Positions 11,011 to 21,036 of a stretch of 64,000 nt of DNA are shown here, in pieces. The notes beneath the pieces are model-generated. The model ran no database searches and was not told where the DNA came from. It saw nothing but the letters and a program-made list of their open reading frames with translations. The number at the start of each line of letters is the position of its first letter. Positions within the stretch are counted from its first letter, which is position 1. Location of the stretch: positions 90,765 through 154,764 of the IMG/VR virus record IMGVR_UViG_2615840593_000003. One strand, written 5' to 3'. The position numbers were made by a program, and so were the translations under genes. Source of the stretch: a virus (taxonomy: Duplodnaviria > Caudoviricetes).

Positions 11011-12519
11011 GTGTCAGAAGAAAATTTTCAGGATTTTAATGAGTGGATTGAAGTTGCAGGATTAACAGATTTTATTACTCAATATGGCTCAGGTAGTTCT
11101 TTGCGTGATATAGCGCTTACGGATCTATACAAATACTTACAAAACCCATATTCAAATATAACAGAAATTCAAAAAGCATCCAAGTATCTTACAAATAAAC
11201 ATGGAATAATCAAAGAAGTATTACGCTCTCTAAAGTCCCTCCCATCACTTGACTACATTATTTCATGGTCAACAGTAGATGATGAAAAGAAACTTAAAAA
11301 TTACGAAAGAAAAGTAAATGATTTTCTCAAAGAAATCGATATAAAAACTTTCGTAAGAGATGGTCTTTTTGAAGTCGGAGAAATGGGTACGATTGTTACC
11401 TGCTTAAGAAATAAAAGATACGTTCAATTTTTAGATCTAGATGATTTACGAATTAATAAACAAAGAAATGGACGTTGGGTAGTTGAATATGACTTAAATT
11501 CTATAAAACAGCATAAAACTGTAAATGACAAGTTAGTTATTATCGAGTCATTACCAGACGAAATAACATTGGCAAAATATAACCTTTTTATTAATAAAGG
11601 TGAAGATTACAGATACATAGAATTAAGAGATGCTGATGTTATTAATATTGACGGAAATAGAAATATGCCATATGGATTACCATTGACTATAGGTGCATGG
11701 TCATCTATTTTACAAAAGGAAATCATTGATAGAGTTGAACGTTCTGTAGCAGATCGATTATTAAAAACAATCGTTATCTTATCCGCAGGACATTTAGATA
11801 AAGAAGGAACAAAGCCTGTACCTAAAGAAGTAATTACAGCTTACTTCAATGAGGTAAGTAAATTATTTAACAAAAAGAATGGTATGAGTTTTAATACAGG
11901 TAAAGAAAGTTCTGGAACTGGCACAATTGCCCTCCCCCACTTTTTTAAATTAGACACTTTAGAAGTTAATACTGAGTTATTTAAAAAAGAACTGTATGAC
12001 AAAATCGAAAATGACATCTATTCTAATCTAGGTATAAGTCCTGCTGTTCTATGGGGTGGTGGAGGAAATAACTTCAGTTCAGCACAATTAAACAGTCAGA
12101 AATTTTTCAGATACATATTCACTTTATTAGAGAAATTTGAAGTATTAATTAACAGATATTTAAAGCAGATATTACCTAAGTCTGTTTCTTGTGAATTTGT
12201 CTTTGCTAAATCAACAATGTTAGATAAAGATAAATATGTTGATAAGTACAAGGATTTATATATGCAGACTGGAATTTCTAAGTTTTGGATTGAATCTCTT
12301 ACTGGTCTTCCTTATGAGAATGTTATTGGACAAGCAGAATATGAGCGTAAAGTATTGAAAACAGAAAGTATCATATACCCTGCCTCTAATGCTTATACTC
12401 AAAGTGGAAATGGTGACAATAAAGGTGGAGCGCCTACAGTTGATGAGCCTACCAATGAAAATACTATAAAAAGTAAGTCTAATGGAGGCAATAATAATCC
12501 AAAACCATCCACTAGCTAA
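11011..12519 (+). CDS. portal protein
   Basis: 502 aa after terL; IYSNLGISP..NFSS portal-like motif; synteny. Confidence 0.75.
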   Translation: MSEENFQDFNEWIEVAGLTDFITQYGSGSSLRDIALTDLYKYLQNPYSNITEIQKASKYLTNKHGIIKEVLRSLKSLPSLDYIISWSTVDDEKKLKNYERKVNDFLKEIDIKTFVRDGLFEVGEMGTIVTCLRNKRYVQFLDLDDLRINKQRNGRWVVEYDLNSIKQHKTVNDKLVIIESLPDEITLAKYNLFINKGEDYRYIELRDADVINIDGNRNMPYGLPLTIGAWSSILQKEIIDRVERSVADRLLKTIVILSAGHLDKEGTKPVPKEVITAYFNEVSKLFNKKNGMSFNTGKESSGTGTIALPHFFKLDTLEVNTELFKKELYDKIENDIYSNLGISPAVLWGGGGNNFSSAQLNSQKFFRYIFTLLEKFEVLINRYLKQILPKSVSCEFVFAKSTMLDKDKYVDKYKDLYMQTGISKFWIESLTGLPYENVIGQAEYERKVLKTESIIYPASNAYTQSGNGDNKGGAPTVDEPTNENTIKSKSNGGNNNPKPSTS

Positions 12520-12533
12520 ATGAGGTGAACTAT

Positions 12534-12680
12534 ATGAAGGGTTACTCCCCTACTTTTAATATTAATCCTAAGTCAGAAATTGCTTCGAAAGTACAATCAG
12601 CATTTTTTGAGTTAGGAGTTAAAAATATTAAACACAAAGAAAATTGCACATGTGAAGAATGTAATAACAAAAATACATAA
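12534..12680 (+). CDS. small ORF (48 aa) with C-terminal HxxxCxCxxC
   Basis: GAGGTG RBS; MKGYSPTF...KHKENCTCEECNNKNT; not in ORF track. Confidence 0.55.
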   Translation: MKGYSPTFNINPKSEIASKVQSAFFELGVKNIKHKENCTCEECNNKNT

Positions 12681-12710
12681 TAATTTAATTAATTTAAAGG
12701 AGGTGAAATA

Positions 12711-14156
12711 TTGAACGAGATTTTAAGTATTAAACCAATATCACTTGAATTAAATGAATCAAATGATATTTATATGCTTTTGAATATAGGTATTCTATCA
12801 AATGTTGCTAACTACAATGATGCACAATTTACGGATGAATTCATTGAATATATTGTTTCGAATAAAGATACATATATTGGACTTCCACTTCAAGTTAATA
12901 AGGAAAAGTTAGAAAATGCTGAGTACGAGAATCTAACTCACGAATTAGTAAATGGTAAGTTGATGACAGATTCTATTGGTTCTTTTGTGGACTATTGGAC
13001 TGAAATTGTTGATGATGCAACAGTTCTGATGGGCAGTGTTAAGATTTGGAAGAGATACCCTAATACATGTAATGCCATTCTTGAATTATATGAGAACGGA
13101 GATTTAGAATCCTCTTGCGAAGTAATGGTTAAAGAATATAAAGAAATTACTGAAGACGGTATTCGTATCATTGACCACGCAGAAGGAAGCAACGCATTCA
13201 TTGGTTCTGCAATTGTTTCTAGTCCTGCTGAAGTTAGAGCAAAAGCTACCCTATTAGTTGCAGAAGCATATGAAAAAGATTTGAGTATTGAAAATGAAGG
13301 AAAAGGAGATGACAATGTGGCTGAAAAAGAAGTATTTAACAAAGGTCATAAAATTCAGTATAAAGGAAAATTTGAAACAGCTTCACTTAAATACAGTGAG
13401 ATTTCAAATCAAATTTATAATAAATTGAATCCAATTAACGCAAAAACAAATGGTCGTCAGTACAACTATTATATTCATACAATTTATAATGACAATGTTA
13501 TTGTTGAAGATTGGGACGATTATGAGGTATTATTCAAAATTCCTTATTCAATTGAGAATGATGAAGTAATTATTTCACCATCAGACCAATGGGAACAAGG
13601 TAAGTTAGGGTTTATTCCTGACAACACTACAGAATTAGCTAATATCTTAGCTGATAAAGAGAAAGAATTAAGTGATATTCAAGATGAATTGACACAGGTT
13701 AAAGAGGAGTTAGCATCGATGAAAAATAACGAAACAAAAGAAGTGACCGACTTTGACGATAAAATCAAAGAGCTTAATGGTACTATCGTAAATCAAGCGC
13801 AAACTGAATCTGAATTAAAAAATGAGATTGCCGAACTTAAATCTACTATTGATGATTTAAATCAATATAAGGAGAAAGTTGAAAAAGCTGAAAAAGAAGC
13901 TGAGATCACTGAGTTAAGTAACAAGTATTCCAAATTACTTTCAGAGGAAGCATTTAAATCAGAAGAAGTTCAAAATGCTATTCAAGAATTGAATTCTGAA
14001 AAATTAAATGAAATTGTTGTGAATGAAGTAACAAAGCAAAAAAATGATGTAGAAGTTGCATCTAAACAGAATGATGATGTTGTCGTTGTGGCAAACAAAC
14101 AAGAAGATTTAATTGTAAAAGATAAGCGTGAGTTCTGGGCTTCCCCTCGCTCATAA
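12711..14156 (+). CDS. prohead protease/scaffold protein (YonD-like)
   Basis: Between portal and capsid genes; N-terminal protease-like region (SSCE), C-terminal coiled coil. Confidence 0.65.
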   Translation: MNEILSIKPISLELNESNDIYMLLNIGILSNVANYNDAQFTDEFIEYIVSNKDTYIGLPLQVNKEKLENAEYENLTHELVNGKLMTDSIGSFVDYWTEIVDDATVLMGSVKIWKRYPNTCNAILELYENGDLESSCEVMVKEYKEITEDGIRIIDHAEGSNAFIGSAIVSSPAEVRAKATLLVAEAYEKDLSIENEGKGDDNVAEKEVFNKGHKIQYKGKFETASLKYSEISNQIYNKLNPINAKTNGRQYNYYIHTIYNDNVIVEDWDDYEVLFKIPYSIENDEVIISPSDQWEQGKLGFIPDNTTELANILADKEKELSDIQDELTQVKEELASMKNNETKEVTDFDDKIKELNGTIVNQAQTESELKNEIAELKSTIDDLNQYKEKVEKAEKEAEITELSNKYSKLLSEEAFKSEEVQNAIQELNSEKLNEIVVNEVTKQKNDVEVASKQNDDVVVVANKQEDLIVKDKREFWASPRS

Positions 14157-14209
14157 ATATTTATTTAAAATAATACATAAAAATTTAAATTAAATGGAGG
14201 AATTATATA

Positions 14210-14644
14210 ATGGCAGGTTTTGTAGCTTTAGGAAATGATTTATATATTGGTACTTACAAAAGTACAGTTAAAAATGGAGTAGAAAATGGTCAATGGGTAG
14301 TCTTAGATCATAAGGCAAAAACAGGCACATTGACAGACGCTACAACTGGTGATAAGGAAGTTTATTTTGTAGTTAATGAAGTTGATACAGTCGATGAGCA
14401 ATCTATCGATACTATTGATTATGAAGTCAAGGAAGGTGTATATCTTCGCCTGAAAAAACCACAAGAAGGTGAAATTCTTGTAACTACAAAGTTCAATGGT
14501 ACTTTAGCTGAAGGTGATGAAGTTGCAGTGGGTGTAGATGGAAATGTTGAAGCAATCGGCTCTCGTACCCCTTCTACTAAATTAGTAGTAAAAGAGAAAA
14601 CAAATGAATATGGCGTAGAAACTCTACGTTTATTAGTTCTTTAA
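14210..14644 (+). CDS. capsid-associated (decoration) protein
   Basis: 144 aa beta-rich, immediately before major capsid gene. Confidence 0.55.
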   Translation: MAGFVALGNDLYIGTYKSTVKNGVENGQWVVLDHKAKTGTLTDATTGDKEVYFVVNEVDTVDEQSIDTIDYEVKEGVYLRLKKPQEGEILVTTKFNGTLAEGDEVAVGVDGNVEAIGSRTPSTKLVVKEKTNEYGVETLRLLVL

Positions 14645-14683
14645 TATTAAATAATACATAAATTATCGGAGGAATTAGAAATT

Positions 14684-15664
14684 ATGACTATTAGTAAAGA
14701 TTCTCGTATTGTAGAGGTATTTTCAAAAGATTTATTAAAAGCACAAGTTGAAGTAAATGAATTAAAGAATGCAAATGAATACATCAAAGAATTAGCTTCA
14801 AACCCTAGTCCAGATAACCGTTATGAAATTGCACAAATCATGTCTTATGTAATTGACGAAGGTTTACGTCAACGTCTGAACTATTTCGAAGAACTAGCAG
14901 ATGTAAAAAATACAGGTCTTGGAGAAAAGGCTCAATTTAAAATTAATGTTAATGGAATTAAAGCTATGTTCCAAGCTAAATCAGCATCTACTGAACGTTC
15001 TAAAGTTTCAAATAAGTTCGTATCTCTTGATACTGAAGAAGTTTCTGTGCGACCAGTTGTCAATTTCCTTGACTTAGCTACTGGTAAAGTGGATTTAATT
15101 AAAATTGCAGAACAAGCAGTCGTTGAAATGGAAATGGCAATTGTAAAACGTATCCAAGATTCTATTTATGCGGCATTTTCAGCAATGGCGACACCTAACT
15201 ATGCTCCTGGTTCTGGTATTGTTAAAGGTACATTTGACCCTATTTTACATGCAATGAATCGTGTTGGAGGTTCTGCTTCTATCGTAGGCGATATCGAAGC
15301 ATTAAGTAAATTTACTGCAATTGCAGGTTTCAATAATAATATTCCAGATGCATTAGCTGTAGAACATAATCAAAATGGTATGATTGGTTCTTATTTAGGT
15401 GGTAAATTAATGAAGTTGAACAATCCGTTTATTCCAAACTCTTTAACTGAGACAGAGTTACGAAAAGATTTAATCTATGTAATTCCATCAGGAGACTCTT
15501 CATTACGTCCAGTTAAGGTTCATTTCGAAGGTGGAGTTCAAACTACAGATGCACCTGTAAATATCAACTCTAAAGAAGTAGAATTCCGTTTTGACCAATA
15601 TGTTGGTGTAGGCGCTGTCGGAGTTCGTAAATTACTTGGAGTATATGAAGATACAACTCTATAA
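14684..15664 (+). CDS. major capsid protein
   Basis: 326 aa, strong RBS, position in head module, followed by terminator. Confidence 0.8.
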   Translation: MTISKDSRIVEVFSKDLLKAQVEVNELKNANEYIKELASNPSPDNRYEIAQIMSYVIDEGLRQRLNYFEELADVKNTGLGEKAQFKINVNGIKAMFQAKSASTERSKVSNKFVSLDTEEVSVRPVVNFLDLATGKVDLIKIAEQAVVEMEMAIVKRIQDSIYAAFSAMATPNYAPGSGIVKGTFDPILHAMNRVGGSASIVGDIEALSKFTAIAGFNNNIPDALAVEHNQNGMIGSYLGGKLMKLNNPFIPNSLTETELRKDLIYVIPSGDSSLRPVKVHFEGGVQTTDAPVNINSKEVEFRFDQYVGVGAVGVRKLLGVYEDTTL

Positions 15665-15680
15665 AATTCAATAATACATA

Positions 15681-15719
15681 AGTGAGAGGAATCGCACTTC
15701 CTCTCTACTTTATTTTTTT
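15681..15719 (+). terminator. intrinsic terminator after capsid gene
   Basis: AGTGAGAGGAA..TTCCTCTCTACT followed by T tract. Confidence 0.6.
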
Positions 15720-15748
15720 CACAAGATTTACAAGGAGGATATACTAAA

Positions 15749-16180
15749 ATGGTTAAATACAAAGTTTTAAATGATAACCCTTTTAATGTAGGTATTCGTT
15801 TTGAAAATGAAGCAAATCGAGAAATTACAATTAGAAGTAAATCATTCGTTTTAATGGAAGAAGATGACGTTCTTTATACAGATTCAGTAAGTAAATTATT
15901 TCGCAATGGTGTAATTACTGTAGATGACAGTGATTTAATGATTAAGATGGGGTATATGGAGAAAAGCTCTAATGCTATTTCTGAATCAGAAATTGAAGCA
16001 TTATTCAAAGGTACTCCACAAAAGATTAAAAAGGAACTTGAAAAAATAGATGCTAAACATGCCATCGAAAAAATAGTTGACTATGTAAAAAAATCAGATT
16101 TGCCACCATCAAAATCAAAAGTTGTTAAAGAAGTATTTAATATTGAAATTTTCGAAGAGCTTGACCAAGAAATTGTTTAA
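15749..16180 (+). CDS. virion morphogenesis protein (hypothetical)
   Basis: AGGAGG RBS; synteny. Confidence 0.6.
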   Translation: MVKYKVLNDNPFNVGIRFENEANREITIRSKSFVLMEEDDVLYTDSVSKLFRNGVITVDDSDLMIKMGYMEKSSNAISESEIEALFKGTPQKIKKELEKIDAKHAIEKIVDYVKKSDLPPSKSKVVKEVFNIEIFEELDQEIV

Positions 16181-16195
16181 AGTAGGTGTTATCTT

Positions 16196-16621
16196 ATGAC
16201 ATTTACATCTTATTCAGAGATTTATGGTTCATTCTTGGATAAAATCAATGACTATTATATAAAGAATCAATTAGAAACTAATCCAGTTTTTGCAGATGAA
16301 ATACTTCTAGGTTATTTAAGGTCAGCTATTCCAAAGTTCACCTACTCTACAAAAGATTTATCTAAAAGAGACGATGTTTTATTTCAGTTTAATACTTGTT
16401 TGTCTGATATGGAGAAAGAAATATTAGCAACTTTGATGATTGCTGAACATCTATCTCCTAAAATCAATAGTGAAGACTACATGTATAATAAAATTGGTTC
16501 AAAAGACTACAATCAATTTTCTCCTCACAATCAATTAGCTCAGTTGAGATTACTCCGTAAAAGTATAATAGACGAAGCTAACTTATTAATGATTGAGTAT
16601 TATTATAGGCAAGGTGTTTAA
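16196..16621 (+). CDS. head-tail connector/adaptor-like protein
   Basis: Helical 141 aa; synteny. Confidence 0.5.
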   Translation: MTFTSYSEIYGSFLDKINDYYIKNQLETNPVFADEILLGYLRSAIPKFTYSTKDLSKRDDVLFQFNTCLSDMEKEILATLMIAEHLSPKINSEDYMYNKIGSKDYNQFSPHNQLAQLRLLRKSIIDEANLLMIEYYYRQGV

Positions 16622-16622
16622 T

Positions 16623-16919
16623 ATGAATATTTCAGTTGAATACATTAAATATTTAAAAGATAGATTCTATGAAACTCTTTGCTTATTTGAAGAGAAAAAT
16701 GACGGGCTTTCACGTTATATTGAATCATTTAGTTATGAGTTATATGGGCTACAGTATTTAGTAGAAGATACAAAAACAATCATTACTCTATTGAGTATTC
16801 TAGAACATTTTTATGATGATAGTCTTGCTCCTGAACCAGATGTAAAAGTAATCCGAGGAGAAGTTTTTCATTGTATTAGTTTAATAAATAGGATGTTTAA
16901 AGTTGGTGATAGCACTTGA
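16623..16919 (+). CDS. hypothetical structural protein
   Basis: Likely start ATG 16623 after AAGGTG RBS (track start 16593). Confidence 0.6.
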   Translation: MNISVEYIKYLKDRFYETLCLFEEKNDGLSRYIESFSYELYGLQYLVEDTKTIITLLSILEHFYDDSLAPEPDVKVIRGEVFHCISLINRMFKVGDST

Positions 16920-17608
16920 ATTACAGAGCTAAATATATACAGCGTTTGAATAGTGATGGACATAATTCAAGAGATGCTTATCATAATAAGTCTAAAATTA
17001 TTGCTAAACAGCAAATTTTAAACTCTCCTAATAGATATGACGTTTATTTAAATTTGGATAAATCAGTAACACATTATTCCATCACTAAAGATAGAGACAC
17101 ATACAAAAAACGTAAATTTATCTTCATTCCTGATACAAAAGTTGACATGGGACATTATGTAACTCAAGGAGAACTTACTTATTTACTGACAGGTAAAGAC
17201 ACAAATGAAATTACACCTCAATTTTTAGGCGAGCTTTGTAGTGCTGAATTTCCAGTTAAATATGCTGATGAACAAAAGTTTCTAAGTTATGACAAACTTG
17301 ATAGACCTGTTTATAAGACTATTCCAGGAGAAGTTACAAATTTACCTTGCGTGGTTAAAATGAATGATGCCTCTACAGCGATTGCAGATGCAAATGAACC
17401 TGTTAACTTATTAGCTAATCAGGTAATGGTAACTATCCCATACACTGAAGCACCTTCTATAGAGTTAAATGAACAATTTGATTTATATAACGAAACATAT
17501 CGCATCATAAGAATTGACCCTTCTAGCTCAATCAATAAAGTAGGCATTTTAAGAATTACTGGCGAACGTGAAGGAAGAAAGAATTCTAGTGAGGAGGTGT
17601 ATGAATGA
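16916..17608 (+). CDS. head-tail joining (stopper-like) protein
   Basis: Overlaps neighbouring genes; beta-rich C-terminus; synteny. Confidence 0.5.
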   Translation: MNYRAKYIQRLNSDGHNSRDAYHNKSKIIAKQQILNSPNRYDVYLNLDKSVTHYSITKDRDTYKKRKFIFIPDTKVDMGHYVTQGELTYLLTGKDTNEITPQFLGELCSAEFPVKYADEQKFLSYDKLDRPVYKTIPGEVTNLPCVVKMNDASTAIADANEPVNLLANQVMVTIPYTEAPSIELNEQFDLYNETYRIIRIDPSSSINKVGILRITGEREGRKNSSEEVYE

Positions 17609-18150
17609 AGCTAAAAGAATCACTAGAGAAATTATTCATAGAGTTGTCTAAAGACGAAGAATTGTTAAGACTTCTTCATTATGTTCCAAAAGATGCATTA
17701 GATGATCCCTTAGATAAATCAAAAGCTGATATCACTAGTTTAAAAGATAAGTATAAAATCATTTCAAAAGCAATAATACCATCAGATAAAACCTATGATT
17801 TAGTCTTAGAATCTAAAATGTCTCGTATTTGCTTTTATACTGGCACTCGTAAACCTCAAACAAGTAATAATAGTTATACAGGAAGATTACAAGACAATCC
17901 ATATTCATCTAACCAAGTTTATAATTTTGACGTATATGTACATGTGGATATTGATATAGTTGATTTTCGTATGACTTGGATTTGCGATAGATTAGATGAA
18001 TTACTACTCCTCAACAAGATTACAGATGTTGGGGATTTTATTTTGGCATTCAGCTCCCCTATTAATAATACACCCAAAGGTTTTATCGGGTATAAATTAG
18101 CCTATGCTACTACTTCACTTCAAGAATCACCTAAGAGAGTCCAAAAATGA
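17605..18150 (+). CDS. tail terminator-like protein
   Basis: FDVYVH..DRLDELL pattern; synteny. Confidence 0.5.
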   Translation: MKLKESLEKLFIELSKDEELLRLLHYVPKDALDDPLDKSKADITSLKDKYKIISKAIIPSDKTYDLVLESKMSRICFYTGTRKPQTSNNSYTGRLQDNPYSSNQVYNFDVYVHVDIDIVDFRMTWICDRLDELLLLNKITDVGDFILAFSSPINNTPKGFIGYKLAYATTSLQESPKRVQK

Positions 18151-18905
18151 AAATTGATTTGGATAATGTATGGGGGAATCCTAAATACCATCGCAACATT
18201 CCAGTATATCCTGTTCAAATGGAAAATATTGAACAGTTGTATGATGCAGTACAATGTCTACTTATTCCTAAAAATACAATTCAAGATCCAATGATTATTA
18301 AGATGTCTTATTTGGCATTTTTGATACTTATCAGTTCAGACGGTGTGAACAAGCACTTCTTCGATAAATTAGTAACTCTAATAAAGTTAATTAGTAGAAG
18401 TGAAAATATCAGGTTTGATGTTGACGAAAAGAATAAGTACACAATTGTAATTGATGATGAAATTGTAATTAGAGAAAGAGACTTCGACAAAATAAAGGTG
18501 ATTATTGGAGAGCAAAATCTAATCGATGTTTCAGATGAAAGTTTAGGTACTGAGTTTGATAGAGCAAAGAGTGAAGCTAGAGCGTTTATGAATAAAAGAA
18601 ACAAAAAAATGGCTGATTTAGAACAACAAATAATTGCTTATAAATGTGTATCGAAGTCTTCTTATGAGGATATCAAAAATATGACAATCTATCAATTCAG
18701 AAAAGAATTAGAGAGATATGATCTAATCAAGTCTGCTGATATTCTTCAGAATGCACAATATTCTGGAATGGTTTCATTTAAAGAAGGTGCAGAAATTCCG
18801 CATTGGTTAGACCAAATTGAAACTAAGAATCCAGATGATGACATCGTTATGTCAAAAGAACAATTAGATAAATTGGTGTCTGATAAGGGATTAGCTAATA
18901 ATTAA
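18147..18905 (+). CDS. hypothetical tail-region protein
   Basis: Overlapping ORF with MTIYQF motif resembling tail chaperones. Confidence 0.55.
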   Translation: MKIDLDNVWGNPKYHRNIPVYPVQMENIEQLYDAVQCLLIPKNTIQDPMIIKMSYLAFLILISSDGVNKHFFDKLVTLIKLISRSENIRFDVDEKNKYTIVIDDEIVIRERDFDKIKVIIGEQNLIDVSDESLGTEFDRAKSEARAFMNKRNKKMADLEQQIIAYKCVSKSSYEDIKNMTIYQFRKELERYDLIKSADILQNAQYSGMVSFKEGAEIPHWLDQIETKNPDDDIVMSKEQLDKLVSDKGLANN

Positions 18906-18944
18906 CAAAATACATATAATCAAAAGAAAGAAGGAATATTATTA

Positions 18945-19925
18945 ATGAAAAAATTATTCGCAGTATCAGTTGCCGATGCTCTACTTTTAGACCCTAATAC
19001 TGATAACCTCTTAGTAAAAGGTAAAGCACTTTTAAGTTCTTCTATGGAACAAACTATTCAAGAACAAGAGTTATTTGCAGGTCGAGGCTCTCAGTTACAA
19101 TATGTACACAACTATCAAAAAGTTATTGCATTCCAAATTGAAACTGCTGACTTCTCCCCTACTTACCTAGCTCTACAAACAGGCTCAGAAATCAAAAATA
19201 AATTAAGTAAATACTTTACTGAAGAGACAGTGGAATTTGATGCTAACGGTAATGGTACGCTTAAAGAAAGTCCAATTGGAAACGTGTATGTTGAAATGGA
19301 TGCAGGTAATCAAACTATTGTACCAAATGTAAAAGATGTGACTGTTCCTGCGCTAGCTGATAAGAAGGCTTTGGTTGTATACCAATACGAAGCAACTGTA
19401 GATGTAATGACAATTCCTGCTAACTCATTCCCGAAAGCTCTTAAGTTAGTATTAACTTCAGGTTTATTTGACGAAGATGGTGACCATGTTTACGAAGTAC
19501 AAATTGAAGTTCCTCGCTACAAACTTGATGGTGCAATGTCATTATCATTATCACATGATGGTGTATCACAATCCACTCTAAACGGTAAATCATTAGTTGA
19601 TGATGAAGGTAACTATGCTTACGTTAAATATTTAAAACTTGCAGGTCAAAAAGTAGAAATTTCAATGTTGGCAAGTAATCCTTCAGAAGTTGTATTAGAT
19701 TCTGCAATTCCTAATGACTCTGAACAAGTAACTGTTTATGGTATCCGTGGTGGTGGATACGGTAACATTATCATGAATAATGCAGACCTAACATTTAGTT
19801 CGGATGATCCTACAATTGCAACAGTAGACGTCAAAGGTAAAATTACTGCTGTAGCTGTCGGTAATACAACTGTTCGTGTTACAGATGGTAAATACAAAGA
19901 AGTAATTGATGTAGAAGTAGTTTAA
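18945..19925 (+). CDS. major tail tube protein with C-terminal Ig-like (Big_2) domain
   Basis: C-terminal TFSSDDPTIATVDVKGKITAVAVGNTTVRV; followed by terminator. Confidence 0.8.
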   Translation: MKKLFAVSVADALLLDPNTDNLLVKGKALLSSSMEQTIQEQELFAGRGSQLQYVHNYQKVIAFQIETADFSPTYLALQTGSEIKNKLSKYFTEETVEFDANGNGTLKESPIGNVYVEMDAGNQTIVPNVKDVTVPALADKKALVVYQYEATVDVMTIPANSFPKALKLVLTSGLFDEDGDHVYEVQIEVPRYKLDGAMSLSLSHDGVSQSTLNGKSLVDDEGNYAYVKYLKLAGQKVEISMLASNPSEVVLDSAIPNDSEQVTVYGIRGGGYGNIIMNNADLTFSSDDPTIATVDVKGKITAVAVGNTTVRVTDGKYKEVIDVEVV

Positions 19926-19940
19926 TAAATACATATTAAC

Positions 19941-19971
19941 GAGTAGGGTTAACTCCCCTACTCTATTTTTA
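19941..19971 (+). terminator. intrinsic terminator (GAGTAGGG..CCCTACTC family)
   Basis: GAGTAGGGTTAACTCCCCTACTC followed by TATTTTT. Confidence 0.75.
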
Positions 19972-20000
19972 TTATTTGAGGAGAAAAGGAGAATCTACAC

Positions 20001-20489
20001 ATGGGACAATTAAAATTATCTGAAGTAAAAAAGCGAATTGAAGAGTTACACAAGAAACAAAAATTCTATCTAGATAAAGAAAATGATGAATTCATCTATT
20101 ATTATCCTAAGTTCTCTGAGAAAAAAATTAATGAACTTTTAGATGAATTGCTTATAACAATTAAATATTGTCAAGAAAACAAATTAGACAAATTAAAAGA
20201 TGAAGATAAAATTTTACAGTATCTTCAATTTCTCATCATAAAACATTTCACTTCTTTAAAAGATGAGTTAGATAATAAACCTTTTAATATTCACCTTGAA
20301 ACAAAGGAATCTTTAGAGGAATCTGGATTATATCGGATATTCTTAGACCATATGTTTGATCCATCTGAGGTACATGACGTGTTAGATAGATTCAATGACA
20401 TTGTTAAGTTAGGTGCTGATATTATAAATGAATTAGAAAAAGAATCTGAAGATAAAAACCTAAAAGTTGTAGATAAATTAGGTAAGTAA
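20001..20489 (+). CDS. tail assembly chaperone-like protein
   Basis: Follows tail tube gene; strong RBS. Confidence 0.5.
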   Translation: MGQLKLSEVKKRIEELHKKQKFYLDKENDEFIYYYPKFSEKKINELLDELLITIKYCQENKLDKLKDEDKILQYLQFLIIKHFTSLKDELDNKPFNIHLETKESLEESGLYRIFLDHMFDPSEVHDVLDRFNDIVKLGADIINELEKESEDKNLKVVDKLGK

Positions 20490-20490
20490 T

Positions 20491-20991
20491 ATGGTTCAGG
20501 TAAAAGATTTAAGCCAATTGAAACGCTACTTAGAACGTGGAGACATTATTAATAATGTGTTTAAAGATAAAGGTATTGAAAATGTATTAGCTAAAGAAAT
20601 GTCTAAAGCAGTACAAGATGTAGTTTATCGTCGTTACATACCAGTTGAATATTTACGTAGAGGTAATGATGGTGGTTTATCTGATGTTCGTAATATGAAG
20701 ATCACTAAGGTTGAAGTTAATAATGGGAAAGTAAGAGTTCTATTTGAAAACTTAACATTAGGGCAAGGACACTTTTCCCCTATCTATGAACAAAGTTACG
20801 ACTCGCTACGAGGCGACTTTATTACTGACACTATAGAAGATGGAATTACTGAAAATTGGTATCGTACTGGTAAATGGAGTGAAGCGAGACCATTTGTACA
20901 AACTACAATTGAACGTATACAGACAAACCCTATACCACTTATAAACGCAATTAAAAATGCATATAGAAAACTTGGATTTGAAGTTAGATAA
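20491..20991 (+). CDS. hypothetical tail-completion-like protein
   Basis: ARPF motif near C-terminus. Confidence 0.45.
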   Translation: MVQVKDLSQLKRYLERGDIINNVFKDKGIENVLAKEMSKAVQDVVYRRYIPVEYLRRGNDGGLSDVRNMKITKVEVNNGKVRVLFENLTLGQGHFSPIYEQSYDSLRGDFITDTIEDGITENWYRTGKWSEARPFVQTTIERIQTNPIPLINAIKNAYRKLGFEVR

Positions 20992-21036
20992 GCTTCAAGT
21001 CTTTTTTATTTCATTCTTATGAAAGGAGAATGATTA

